Assembly (NCBI GenBank): GCA_039680575.1
Contig: JBDKSP010000047.1
Location: 1 to 53,950 of the forward strand
Source: Armatimonadota bacterium
Lineage (GTDB): Bacteria; Armatimonadota; UBA5829; DTLH01
DNA: 53,950 nt
Reading direction: 5' to 3'
A program made the position numbers and the translations under genes. The notes under the pieces were generated by a model. That model ran no database searches and was not told the DNA's origin. It saw only the letters and a program-made list of their open reading frames with translations. Every line of letters starts with the position of its first letter. Position 1 is the first letter of the stretch. Shown in pieces: positions 29,704 through 39,276 of this stretch.

Positions 29704-30584
29704 CAGCGTGCCTCCACCTTGCGGATCGGGACAAAGTCTATTTTTTCGACTATCTGCTGACCTTTATCGCTAAGCACGAAGTCTACGAAGGCTTTCACTT
29801 TGCCCGTGGGCTGGCCGTTAGTGTAGAAATAGAGCGCTCTTGAGATCGGATAAGAGCGGTTCATGACCGTCTCGATTGTCGGTTTGATGTAGGGTCTCTC
29901 GTTCGATTTTGCTATGGCTACATCCGCCACTTTGGGGGTGACATAACCGAGTCCCACATAGGCTATAGCTCCCTTGTCCTGCTCGACAGTCTGAACTGCA
30001 GTCTGAGACGAGGTTATGGTAAGCGCAGACCTGGGGAATTCTTCCTTGCCTTTTGAGTTGCCTCTTCGCAGGACCTTTTCTTTGAAGTATTGATGAGTCC
30101 CTGAACTCGTATCCCGTGTGGTGACAACGATTTCTTCGTTCGGTCCGCCGACTTCGCGCCAGTTTTTGACTTCACCTAAGAATATGCTGCGAAGTTGCTC
30201 AATCGTGAGCTTTCTCACAGGATTGCTTGGGTTTACGATTATCGCCAGCCCGTCCCAGGCAACGGTCGTCCGAATAGGGTCGATCCCTTTTGCTTTGGCA
30301 TCTTTGATCTCAGCAGGTTCCATCTCACGGGATGCTTCGGCTATGTCCGTAGTCCCGTTTATGAGCGCGGATATTCCGACTCCCGAGCCTTCACCGGAGA
30401 CCGAGACTTTTGTTGACGATATGGCGTTATACGCTTCAGCCCACGCCTGACCGAGCTGGAGCATTGTGTTCGAGCCTTTGACCTGTATACTGTTGCCGGC
30501 CTTACTGGACCTGCGCCCGCATCCTGCCACTATAAGAGCAGTTACAACGATCATCACAAACAGCAGAAAATTCTTTGTACGCAT
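29703..30584 (-). CDS. pstS: Phosphate-binding lipoprotein PstS
   Basis: Lipobox VAGC, GSGVG..LING..DIA.ASR, SGT, YPISR.L. Confidence 0.95.
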   Translation of the reverse strand: MRTKNFLLFVMIVVTALIVAGCGRRSSKAGNSIQVKGSNTMLQLGQAWAEAYNAISSTKVSVSGEGSGVGISALINGTTDIAEASREMEPAEIKDAKAKGIDPIRTTVAWDGLAIIVNPSNPVRKLTIEQLRSIFLGEVKNWREVGGPNEEIVVTTRDTSSGTHQYFKEKVLRRGNSKGKEEFPRSALTITSSQTAVQTVEQDKGAIAYVGLGYVTPKVADVAIAKSNERPYIKPTIETVMNRSYPISRALYFYTNGQPTGKVKAFVDFVLSDKGQQIVEKIDFVPIRKVEAR

Positions 30585-30617
30585 TTAGCTCCTCCGTCTA
30601 CCTTTGTTCTACCCTCC

Positions 30618-30672
30618 AGTGTAATGAATGCAGCTTACAGGAAGCTTACATCCACATTTTTTTGCGCTTAAC
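30618..30672 (-). promoter_or_regulatory. Pho-box-like 11-bp direct repeats and -10 of pstS
   Basis: CTTACA 30634, CTTACA 30645, ATTTTT 30656, CTTAAC 30667 (plus-strand reading); minus-strand TACACT -10. Confidence 0.65.
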
Positions 30673-30714
30673 CGCTAGAATGGGATGGGGATGGTAGGAA
30701 TGAGGTATGAGTTT

Positions 30715-30770
30715 GATGGCTCAGGGGATCCATGCCCTGAGCCCAATTTTCCGGGGCATCCATGCCCCTT
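30715..30770. repeat. REP family A doublet
   Basis: GGCTCAGGGGATCCATGCCCTGAGCC..GGGGCATCCATGCCCC. Confidence 0.85.
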
Positions 30771-30891
30771 CATTTCTATCTATATCCACCATATTATCGT
30801 CCTGAACCGCGGGGTCACGGAAGAGACTGAGACGCGGAAGGTGGAAATCTATAGATTTGCCTTTCGTGTCTCCACAGATTGGTGGAAACTT

Positions 30892-30926
30892 GTGCTTCTC
30901 CCCGTGGTCCAGTAGGTCCATGGGGT
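30892..30926. repeat. Palindromic repeat family G
   Basis: GTGCTTCTCCCCGTGGTCCAGTRGGTCCAYGGGGT, also at 53310-53344. Confidence 0.75.
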
Positions 30927-31024
30927 ATACGGGGCGAGTTGCGATTCCTAAGCATAAGAAAGAGGACATAAAAAGAGGCCGGGATAGATGCCCGGCTGGT
31001 TATCGATATTAATGGTTATTTCCT

Positions 31025-32020
31025 TCAAAAGATGGAAACAATCTCTGCTCGAAAGATGTCATTGTCCGGTTTCGCGCCATTTTGCGTGTTGAGCTCATAG
31101 AAAAACTTGAGCTTAGTCTTTTCGTCCAGATACCGGATAACTCCCAGATGCCAGCGGGTCAGTCTGTCGCTGCCGGCGTCGGTATTGGGGTCGAATGTGT
31201 CGTATTTAACAACACCGGTGTATTTGGGGCCGAAGTTCTGTGCCAGTTGGAGATAGCCGCCCTGGCTGTCTGTCTCGCCGTCTTTGCCAAAAATCCACTC
31301 GCCCTTAACGGTCGCTGTGCTGAGGTAATATTGGAAATCAGCGCCGTACCGGTCTTTATCGACGTTGGTACCGAGCCCCGGGGGAGTCGGTGGTGGAACA
31401 AATGTCCTGCCGAAGTAGCTCGAAACTCCGGCATTCAAGCGGCTGTTCACCTTATAGCGGAACCTGCTGACAAAGTCTTTTGCGCTGTTATCGTCATCTG
31501 TATTCGCGCCGGTCCCGTTGAAGAGGCCTGCCTCCCACCTGAACCGGTTTTTAATAGGGCTGGAGAACATTGCTCCTTTGTCGCGCTCTCCGGGAAAGAG
31601 TTTTTGAATGACTATCGCACGCTCTGGTGTCTCGCGCACTGTCGATGACTCGATTATCTCCCATCCGAACGGCCATTTCATCTGTCCCATCAGAAATGTG
31701 GCCGCAACGTCTTGGTTGTCGCCCATTATGTAGCCGAGGTAAGCGTCCTTTGTGGTGACATCATTCGTCAAATCGGCCTGATATACGAGTTGAGTACGCA
31801 CGGTCGGGTTGGCAGTAAGCTTGACCCTGGCGCGGCGGACATAAAAACTGTCCTTGTTGGTGCTGTTGCCGTTTGCATCTACTCCGTCTGTCGAATCTTC
31901 ATCCGATTCATACCGGGCCTGAATGTAACCCGAAAACTTGATCTGGTTGAGCTTTGCCATATCTGCAATCGCTGATGTTGCGAGCGCCACGGCAAGTATT
32001 ACGAACATAAAGAGCCTCAC
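31025..32020 (-). CDS. Outer-membrane porin (phosphate-selective OprO/OprP-like)
   Basis: Signal peptide, FSGYIQARY, F.VRRARVK, DAY, GQMK.PFG.E, terminal Phe; upstream of pstS. Confidence 0.82.
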   Translation of the reverse strand: MRLFMFVILAVALATSAIADMAKLNQIKFSGYIQARYESDEDSTDGVDANGNSTNKDSFYVRRARVKLTANPTVRTQLVYQADLTNDVTTKDAYLGYIMGDNQDVAATFLMGQMKWPFGWEIIESSTVRETPERAIVIQKLFPGERDKGAMFSSPIKNRFRWEAGLFNGTGANTDDDNSAKDFVSRFRYKVNSRLNAGVSSYFGRTFVPPPTPPGLGTNVDKDRYGADFQYYLSTATVKGEWIFGKDGETDSQGGYLQLAQNFGPKYTGVVKYDTFDPNTDAGSDRLTRWHLGVIRYLDEKTKLKFFYELNTQNGAKPDNDIFRAEIVSIF

Positions 32021-32059
32021 AATAGTTTCTCCCTTCTATATGGCTTCTTGTTCGTCAAC

Positions 32060-32114
32060 ATTATAACGTTTGTAGCTTTCAACCGTATTTCCGGTTCCTT
32101 ACAGCATGCTTAAT
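32060..32114 (-). promoter_or_regulatory. Pho-box-like repeats and -10 of porin gene
   Basis: CTTTCA 32076, ATTTCC 32087, CTTACA 32098, CTTAAT 32109; minus-strand TATAAT at the same offset as for pstS. Confidence 0.62.
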
Positions 32115-32191
32115 ATTGTAGAGTATAACCGCGCGTTTTCCACCATGCAAACAGGGGTAATCCATATAATAGACACGTCCTGACCTTACAG

Positions 32192-33322
32192 GTGGCAGTT
32201 ATGAGAGGATACAGACTCGGCGAAATAGCCGGTTTCGAGATAAACATCGACTGGAGTTGGTTGATCATCCTTTTTCTGGTTACGTACAGCCTCGCGGCTT
32301 ATTACTTCCCGGATGTCAATCCGGGGATGTCGGTTCCTGTCAACTGGGTGATGGGGTTCATCGCGGCGCTTCTCCTGTTCGCTTCGGTGCTTGCTCATGA
32401 GTTGATGCACAGTGTCGTCGCGCGGCGTTATGGGATCGAGATAAAGGGCATTACGCTCTTCATATTTGGAGGAGTGTCGCAGACCGGCGCTGAACCAGAG
32501 ACACCAAAGGTGGAGTTTTACATGGCAATCGCCGGTCCACTTACAAGCCTTATCCTGGGAGGGGCATTTTACCTTCTCGCAGCCGTTGGAGCCAGCGGTA
32601 AGTGGCCTATGCCGGTAGTTGCAATAACCGGTTATCTCGGACTGATAAACATTATTCTGGCGATATTCAATATGGTCCCAGGGTTTCCTCTGGACGGTGG
32701 GAGAGTGCTGCGCTCCGGGCTCTGGGCCTGGACAAAGAGCCTGGAGAGGTCTACCAGATACGCGTCTTACTCAGGCCAGGGGTTCGGCTATCTTTTGATG
32801 GGATTCGGGCTCTTCAACATCCTGGGTGGAGCGTTTATCGGTGGGATCTGGATGATCTTCATCGGGTGGTTCCTTGCCGGAGCTGCAAAATCGAGCTATG
32901 AGCAGGTTGTTTTTAGAGAAGCGCTTTCAGGAGTCGATGTCGAGCGCGTGATGACTGCGGAAGTGCCCACGGTCTCGCCTGATGTCTCTGTAGAGGACTT
33001 TGTAACCGATTATCTGATGCGTCAGGAGTTCACATGCTACCCTGTAGTTGAGGATGACCGTATTCTTGGTGTAGTCAGCATAGATGAAGTGCGTGCACTG
33101 CCCAGAGACCGATGGATGTATACTCCCGTGCGCGAGATAACGGAGCCTGTCGAAAGCGAGATGAAGGTCAGCAAGGAGGATGGCGCCTGGGATGCGCTTA
33201 TGAAACTTGCAGCCGAGGACCGGCGAAGGCTTCTGGTTATGCATAACGGCACGCTGGACGGTACCGTAACCCAGGAAAACATCCTGCGGCTGGTACGGAC
33301 GAAGATGCAGCTTGGGGTCTAG
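32192..33322 (+). CDS. Site-2 protease (M50) with tandem CBS domains
   Basis: HELMH, FNMVPGFPLDGGR, C-terminal CBS pair; start GTG 32192 or ATG 32201. Confidence 0.93.
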   Translation: MAVMRGYRLGEIAGFEINIDWSWLIILFLVTYSLAAYYFPDVNPGMSVPVNWVMGFIAALLLFASVLAHELMHSVVARRYGIEIKGITLFIFGGVSQTGAEPETPKVEFYMAIAGPLTSLILGGAFYLLAAVGASGKWPMPVVAITGYLGLINIILAIFNMVPGFPLDGGRVLRSGLWAWTKSLERSTRYASYSGQGFGYLLMGFGLFNILGGAFIGGIWMIFIGWFLAGAAKSSYEQVVFREALSGVDVERVMTAEVPTVSPDVSVEDFVTDYLMRQEFTCYPVVEDDRILGVVSIDEVRALPRDRWMYTPVREITEPVESEMKVSKEDGAWDALMKLAAEDRRRLLVMHNGTLDGTVTQENILRLVRTKMQLGV

Positions 33323-33398
33323 GACAGTCCTGGCTGCCGAATGTGAACCACTCCTGTTTGACCTGCGGAGGCGGTTTTGGGGTATCGGTTGGCCATGC

Positions 33399-33488
33399 CT
33401 ATAGATTTTCGGCTATTTTCTTGGCAACCGATCGTATACCAGCTATCGCCGAAAATCTTCCGGGAGAGTTTCAGGTGTTACCTGAAAC
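33399..33488 (-). repeat. Repeat family E (short first hairpin)
   Basis: Reverse complement contains CCTGAAACTCTCCCGGAAGATTTTCGGC..GCCGAAAATCTATAG. Confidence 0.8.
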
Positions 33489-33864
33489 CCATTAAGAGAA
33501 GACCGGCAAGTAATACCAGGATTATTGCAATGAATGCAGTGAAGATGGCCGCGAAAAGGTCGCGGCTTCGGCGCGTTCCTTCCGTCGGCGTCGCTGCCTC
33601 CGCCGATTGAAGAATAAAGTATGTTGCGAGTGATATAAGGAGCGCGAATGCTATTGTGTCAATAAGTGTATAGTTCACACTACTTTTTACCGGCCTTTTC
33701 CGGTTGCCAAACGGTAAATTGAGCAGTCGTCGCCTATGTTTCATTTTCTACTAATTCGCTTATATGAGTTGTGTAACTTGTCCGGCTGTAAGCTCGTCTA
33801 ATTATCAGTTTTTAGCTGTAGCGCAGCCGAATTCTTCAGCAGACAGAAATGTAGGGGGAGTCAA

Positions 33865-34614
33865 ATGCGAGTTGCAGGTCTTGTTTTGCTTTTAGTCACG
33901 GTTCTCGGCTGTTCATCGCTTGCCGGGACGCCTAAGGTGACGATAGACGCCAAGGATATGGCTCTCGATATGGTCGTTTCGAAGCTGTCCGATCAGGCGG
34001 GTGTCCAGATCATCCTGGACACGGGGGTTCTGGGCTCGTTCAGCGGGGAATTGTCCGATATGGACCTCGAAAAGGTCCTCGGTCTGGTAACAGCCGCTAA
34101 CAATCTCAAATGGCAGAAACTCTACGCCAAGCCGGATGAAAAAGGCAAGATTCCAATGCCGGATATCAAAGCGCAGATAGATGCGCTTTCGATATTAAAG
34201 GATACTCCGCTTGTAGTCTTCGATCCGGCTACCGGTAAGAAGACCGTATTTGCACGCATCGAGCAAAAGACTGCCGATTCCGCTGTCGATCCTGAAAAAC
34301 TGGGGATGAAAGAGTTCTACTTTATATTCAAGCTGAAAGACCCGGTCAAGGCAGATGAGAAACCCGAGGAAAGTGCAGCCGCAAAGTTCGGGCAACTGAG
34401 ACAGCAGCAGATGGATCTGTTTATGCAGATGTCCCCGGAGGAGCAGAAAGCAGCTGTCGAGCAGGAATTCACCAGCATAATGAACATGCCGGCTGAAGAC
34501 CAGGTGAATATGATGAGGAGTTTCTTCGGAGCAGCAAGAAATATGGACCCTCAGCTTAGAGACCAGTTCAGGCGGACTATGATGGAAGCGATTCGAAGCT
34601 CTCACGGACAGTGA
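33865..34614 (+). CDS. Secreted hypothetical protein with secretin-N/STN-like domain
   Basis: Signal peptide; VTIDAKDM.L..VV..LS.QAGV.I..D...D.DLEKVL pattern; helical Met/Gln-rich tail. Confidence 0.7.
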   Translation: MRVAGLVLLLVTVLGCSSLAGTPKVTIDAKDMALDMVVSKLSDQAGVQIILDTGVLGSFSGELSDMDLEKVLGLVTAANNLKWQKLYAKPDEKGKIPMPDIKAQIDALSILKDTPLVVFDPATGKKTVFARIEQKTADSAVDPEKLGMKEFYFIFKLKDPVKADEKPEESAAAKFGQLRQQQMDLFMQMSPEEQKAAVEQEFTSIMNMPAEDQVNMMRSFFGAARNMDPQLRDQFRRTMMEAIRSSHGQ

Positions 34615-34642
34615 GAGCCAGGCCTGTAGTTGATTTTGCAGA

Positions 34643-34679
34643 ATGATCCGGGACTATACTGATCCCGGATCATTGTTTT
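34643..34679 (+). terminator. Intrinsic terminator
   Basis: AATGATCCGGGA-..-TCCCGGATCATT-GTTTT. Confidence 0.65.
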
Positions 34680-34711
34680 ATAGGAGCAGGCAGTGCTAAT
34701 ATTAAGGTGTT

Positions 34712-36487
34712 ATGGAAGAAAAGAGTCGAATCAAGACATTTAGCAGACTGCTGGACTTTTTACGCCCTCATTGGCGCAAGGTGCTGACAGGTGTAGTTTC
34801 GTTGACAGTTGTTGCACTGCTCGACCTTATACCGGCAAGAGTATATGGGTTTATTGTAGATAAGCTGCTCATCAATAAAGCCAATACGCCTTTGAATGAC
34901 AGGTTGCGCCTGCTCGGCCTGATTGCGATAGGGTTAGTGTTACTTAAGATAATAAGTGCGACATTCGATCGCATCCGTGCATGTGTGATGCATATTCTGG
35001 GAGAGAGATTCATAATGGACCTGTCCCGGAAGATATATGAACACGTCCAGACCTTATCGCTGACATTCTTCGAGTCCCAGCAGACGGGCGAGGTCATGTC
35101 CCGCGTCACCAATGACTGCCAGGTTGTCGAAGAGTTCGTGACGCATGTGGCTGATACCGTCATCGCCGATGTCCTCAAGGTGATCTTGATTGTCATCATT
35201 CTTTTCTGTCTGAATCCCACGCTTGCATTCGTTACGTTGATACCTGTGCCGTTGCTCGGATATGTATCATTCAGATACAGCCGAAGAGTCCGCAAGATGT
35301 ACAGAGCGTGCCGGGAACGATATGCGGCTATAAATGCAAAGCTTCAGGATAATCTCTCGGGAATAAGAGTAATCAAGTCGTTTGCCAGGGAGGACTATGA
35401 ATACGGGCGTTACTCCCAGGAAACCCTTGATTACTTCAATATGCGGGTAAATGTCATCAATATATGGACAATTTTCATGCCGCTTACTCAGCTTATCGTC
35501 GGGTTCGACGCAATACTTTTGTGGTGGTACGGCGGCGGTATGATAGTCCGGCAGGAGATGACGCTAGGGATATTCATGTCCTTTATCTTCTATATGGGCA
35601 TGTTCCATCCACCTGTACTGAACATCGCAAGAATAAACGACACGATACAGCGTGCTTTAGCCGCAGCAGACCGCATTTTCGAGCTTCTGGATACCAAGCC
35701 CGATCTAGAGGATGCTCCTGACGCAAAACCGATACCGCCGATTACCGGCTCTGTGACATTCGATAATGTCCATTTCAGCTACGCAACCGGTGAGGAAGTC
35801 CTCTCGGGGATAAATATCCACGCAAAACCGGGGCAGATAGTCGCTCTCGTTGGCCGAAGCGGCGCCGGCAAGACAAGTATCGTCAACCTGATCCCCAGGT
35901 TCTATGACCCATCCAAGGGACGGATACTTATCGACGGGATAGACGTCCGCACCGTAACGCAGCAGTCTCTCAGAAGCCAGATAGGGATCGTTTTGCAGGA
36001 GACATTCCTCTTCAACGGGACGATTCGAGAAAATATACTCTACGGCAGGCTGGATGCCACCGAAGAAGAGATGATCAAAGCTGCAAAAGCCGCCCACGCG
36101 GATGAATATATCGTGAAAATGCCTCAGGGATACGATACAGAGATCGGTGAGCGGGGGATCAAACTCTCCGGCGGACAGAAACAGAGACTTGCCATCGCTC
36201 GGGCGATCCTTGCTAACCCACGGATACTGATTCTCGATGAAGCTACATCATCGGTCGATTCCGAGTCCGAATATCTGATACACAAGGCTATGGACCGGCT
36301 CATGCAGGACAGAACTACGTTTGTTATAGCGCACCGTCTGTCCACAATAAAGCATGCTGATATCATAATAACCCTTGAGCATGGTCAAATAGTCGAGGTC
36401 GGAGACCACAAAACCCTCCTGGACCTTGACGGGACCTACAGCCAGATGTATGAAGCCCAGTACAAGCTCGAAAGCGAGCTGTCCTGA
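34712..36487 (+). CDS. ABC exporter, fused permease/ATPase (MsbA-like)
   Basis: TM domain + GRSGAGKT, LSGGQKQR, LDEATS, IAHRL. Confidence 0.95.
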   Translation: MEEKSRIKTFSRLLDFLRPHWRKVLTGVVSLTVVALLDLIPARVYGFIVDKLLINKANTPLNDRLRLLGLIAIGLVLLKIISATFDRIRACVMHILGERFIMDLSRKIYEHVQTLSLTFFESQQTGEVMSRVTNDCQVVEEFVTHVADTVIADVLKVILIVIILFCLNPTLAFVTLIPVPLLGYVSFRYSRRVRKMYRACRERYAAINAKLQDNLSGIRVIKSFAREDYEYGRYSQETLDYFNMRVNVINIWTIFMPLTQLIVGFDAILLWWYGGGMIVRQEMTLGIFMSFIFYMGMFHPPVLNIARINDTIQRALAAADRIFELLDTKPDLEDAPDAKPIPPITGSVTFDNVHFSYATGEEVLSGINIHAKPGQIVALVGRSGAGKTSIVNLIPRFYDPSKGRILIDGIDVRTVTQQSLRSQIGIVLQETFLFNGTIRENILYGRLDATEEEMIKAAKAAHADEYIVKMPQGYDTEIGERGIKLSGGQKQRLAIARAILANPRILILDEATSSVDSESEYLIHKAMDRLMQDRTTFVIAHRLSTIKHADIIITLEHGQIVEVGDHKTLLDLDGTYSQMYEAQYKLESELS

Positions 36488-36585
36488 GTTCTGTGATTAC
36501 AGAGTATCTGCTCTTAATAGCGGGCCAGCTTGGTGTTAGTGGCCGGACTCTACCCATGGTTGCTACCAGAAACGGAGACTACTTA

Positions 36586-36747
36586 GAGAGTTTCAGGAGA
36601 TAAAGTAACAGCCTTACAGTTATATAAACAGTTCTCTGATATAGCTTTATCTGTTGATTTTACACTTACACCTGAAACTCTTCCGAAAGATTTTCGGCAA
36701 CAGCCAATATATGATTGGCCGTTAATTAATCAGCCGAAAATCTATAG
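36586..36747 (+). repeat. Repeat family E, full two-hairpin copy
   Basis: AGAGTTTCAGG..CCTGAAACTCT then AGATTTTCGGC..GCCGAAAATCT. Confidence 0.8.
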
Positions 36748-36891
36748 TCACGGAATCCACTTTTCCTCAGCTCAGCACATATTGCGGCAAGATATTTACA
36801 AACTGGATGCCTACTGGTTTGAGTGTTTACACCACCGGGTAACGCATAATCGAGCAAGCGAAGCGGGATTAAGAGCTGATGGAGGCCCAAA

Positions 36892-38040
36892 ATGTCCCGC
36901 TGGAAACTATCTATTATAATCCCGGTGATCCTCATCGCCGCAGCCGTGCCATCGTTTCCGAAAGAGTCGAAAGAAGAAAAGATGGGGCGGGAGATCGCCG
37001 AGCGGTATGAAGAGGACCTGGAATTTATCACTGATGAGCAGGCAGTCGAGCGCGTAAACCGCATCGGACAGGCACTGGCGAAAGTTGCGAAAGCACAGGA
37101 AGTTCCCGCGACTTACGGAGAGTCGCGCCTGGCAGATTATTCCTACCAGTTCAGGTTGGTCGAGAACAAAGACATAAACGCCTTTTCCCTTCCGGGAGGC
37201 CGCATTTATGTTTACAGCGGACTGCTCGACTTCGCTGAAAGTGACGACGAACTGGCGGGGGTGCTGGCTCATGAAGTCGCTCATGCGGCGCATCATCACG
37301 TAATGGCTTTGACGCACAAACAGTCGAAGATGAGCGTAGTGGTAGCGCTCATCGCTATCGCGGGCGGACTCGGCGGAGTGGACAGCAGAGACCTTGCCAA
37401 CGTCATATACGGCCTGCAGTCGGTACAGACGGCACGGCTAAGCGGCTATGGACAGGAAGCTGAGTATGATGCCGACAGGGCTGCAGCCATTTATATGGAG
37501 ACTGCCGGTTATGACCCACGCGGTATGATCCGGTTTTTTGACAGGTTGAGCAGATACCAGCAGGAAACCGGTACGGTAAGGAACCTTGGGATATTCCAGA
37601 CCCATCCGGGGACTGATGACAGGTTAATGAGGATCGCACATCAGTGCAGCGAGATGGGAATACCGGTCGATATGCGAGAAGTCCGAGGATTGGTAAAAGC
37701 CGAAACGCAGCTGGTAACTAAAAACGGCGTTGAGATGTGGGCAGTCAATCTGGCAGGCAAAAACCTGTGTATGCTTGCAAATACGGATGGCTCTACATCA
37801 TGTGAGCGAGCCGGTAAGGTGTGCGAAGCAGTCAATGCACTGCTCAAAGAGGAACCCGGTCGGCTGGATATATCGGTAATCCCGGAGGCAGGAGAACTGA
37901 GAGTTCATGGGAAGCCTGTCATGTCAATTACCCAGGCGGATTGCAGCGCGACAGGCCTGAAAACGGCTCAAATGCTCGATCACGCCGCAAAGGTGATAGA
38001 ATACGCGGTATGGTGCGACAGGGTGAAGACGGAATACTAA
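36892..38040 (+). CDS. M48 family metalloprotease
   Basis: INAFSLPGG, HEVAH, EYDAD, THP; signal peptide. Confidence 0.92.
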   Translation: MSRWKLSIIIPVILIAAAVPSFPKESKEEKMGREIAERYEEDLEFITDEQAVERVNRIGQALAKVAKAQEVPATYGESRLADYSYQFRLVENKDINAFSLPGGRIYVYSGLLDFAESDDELAGVLAHEVAHAAHHHVMALTHKQSKMSVVVALIAIAGGLGGVDSRDLANVIYGLQSVQTARLSGYGQEAEYDADRAAAIYMETAGYDPRGMIRFFDRLSRYQQETGTVRNLGIFQTHPGTDDRLMRIAHQCSEMGIPVDMREVRGLVKAETQLVTKNGVEMWAVNLAGKNLCMLANTDGSTSCERAGKVCEAVNALLKEEPGRLDISVIPEAGELRVHGKPVMSITQADCSATGLKTAQMLDHAAKVIEYAVWCDRVKTEY

Positions 38041-38073
38041 TGAGTTTCTGTTGTATCACAACCATAAATCAAT

Positions 38074-38110
38074 AATTGAGCCGGGTATCGACTTCGACAC
38101 CCGGCTCAAT
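38074..38110. terminator. Hairpin between convergent genes
   Basis: ATTGAGCCGGGT..ACCCGGCTCAAT. Confidence 0.6.
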
Positions 38111-38120
38111 GTTACCTACT

Positions 38121-38204
38121 GAGTTTCAGGCGATAATACAACAGCCTTACAGGTATATAACAAGTTCCCGATGCTGTTGATTCTGCACTTATACCTGAAA
38201 CTCT
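38121..38204 (+). repeat. Repeat family E, first hairpin only
   Basis: GAGTTTCAGG..CAACAGCCTTACAGGTATATAA..CCTGAAACTC. Confidence 0.8.
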
Positions 38205-38212
38205 ATATATAT

Positions 38213-38449
38213 TTATGCGCTGCCGACCGGCACGCGCCTGATTCTGATATTATCTATAACTTGCCTGACACCGGGCAACCCCTTAACCAATTTCTCTGCC
38301 GTAATACGTTGCAGTTCGGAGTCAACGATACCAATAAGCTGTATGTCACCGTCGGCCACATATACGTCTATGGTCTGCCCGCTGGTGCGCGTGTCTTCAG
38401 CAAGTTTAGTCCTGATTATGATTGCGATGGCATGTTCTCTAAGGTTCAC
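38213..38449 (-). CDS. BON domain protein
   Basis: IDV.V.DG.I.L.G.VDS...AE.LV...PGVRQV.DNI; AGGAGG RBS. Confidence 0.85.
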   Translation of the reverse strand: MNLREHAIAIIIRTKLAEDTRTSGQTIDVYVADGDIQLIGIVDSELQRITAEKLVKGLPGVRQVIDNIRIRRVPVGSA

Positions 38450-38798
38450 TGCGCACCCTCCTTTCTATGGAAGATTTGAGACGCCGCCGACAGTCTGCAA
38501 TCTCATAACGGACCCCGACAATATTAGTTTAGCCGAATTTAGGCATGGCTAAACGTAGTGTTTGGTTGAGTTGGATCTTTCTTTAATGAATAGAATGTCA
38601 TCCTGACATATTCTACTTAACAAAGCAGTAGTAGGTGTGGATCGAGGTTGCCGGGCGCACACAAAAAAGCAGGCGGCATGGTCAGGATGCCGCCTGCTCG
38701 GGGCAATAGAGGACGGCTGTCATTGAGTGTACACCGTCCCATAGGCAATACATTTTATCCGCTCGCCTGCCAAGCTAAACATGCTGAACATTAAATTT

Positions 38799-38963
38799 TT
38801 ATTCGCTGTAAGATTCATTCATCGGAGCCAGATAGTCATCCGAATTCTCAATGAATTCCTGCGCGCATTCTCTGCTGCAGAAATAATACGTTCCATCTTC
38901 CGTTTCTACTTTGTAAGGGGTGTCAGAACTGACTTGCATACCACATACAGGATCTTCTGGCAT
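38799..38963 (-). CDS. YHS/TRASH domain small protein (54 aa, absent from the ORF track)
   Basis: MPEDPVCGMQV..TYYFCSRECAQEF; AAGGAGG RBS. Confidence 0.9.
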   Translation of the reverse strand: MPEDPVCGMQVSSDTPYKVETEDGTYYFCSRECAQEFIENSDDYLAPMNESYSE

Positions 38964-39046
38964 TTCGACCTCCTTGTAATACGCGATTTTACCGATAAGT
39001 AATTATGTGTTTACCTTCCATGGGTAAAGTATAAACAAACCGGGAG

Positions 39047-39075
39047 TTGACAGTAAAATAGGTTGCGTTTATAAT
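39047..39075 (+). promoter_or_regulatory. Consensus sigma70 promoter upstream of ASCH gene
   Basis: TTGACA-N17-TATAAT. Confidence 0.8.
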
Positions 39076-39105
39076 GCTGCAGCGGCTTGGTAAAGAAGCA
39101 TTAAT

Positions 39106-39264
39106 GTGTTTCATGTGATGATCAACAGCCTTACGGGCATATAACCAGTCCTTGATGCTGCTGTATCCGATGACTTTACACTTACCACTGAAAACTCGCT
39201 CGGAAGATTTTCGGCAATAGCCCGTATACAATTGGTTGCTGAAAGAACAGCCGGAAATCTATAG
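39106..39264 (+). repeat. Repeat family E in the ASCH gene leader
   Basis: CAACAGCCTTACGGGCATATAA..GGAAGATTTTCGGC..GCCGGAAATCTATAG. Confidence 0.78.
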
Positions 39265-39276
39265 ATTAGGAGTGAC

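Noticed and set aside
33478..33744. 88-aa minus-strand ORF with two hydrophobic segments
   Set aside because: May be a real small membrane protein, but has no clear RBS or motif and ends inside a repeat; not supportable as a feature
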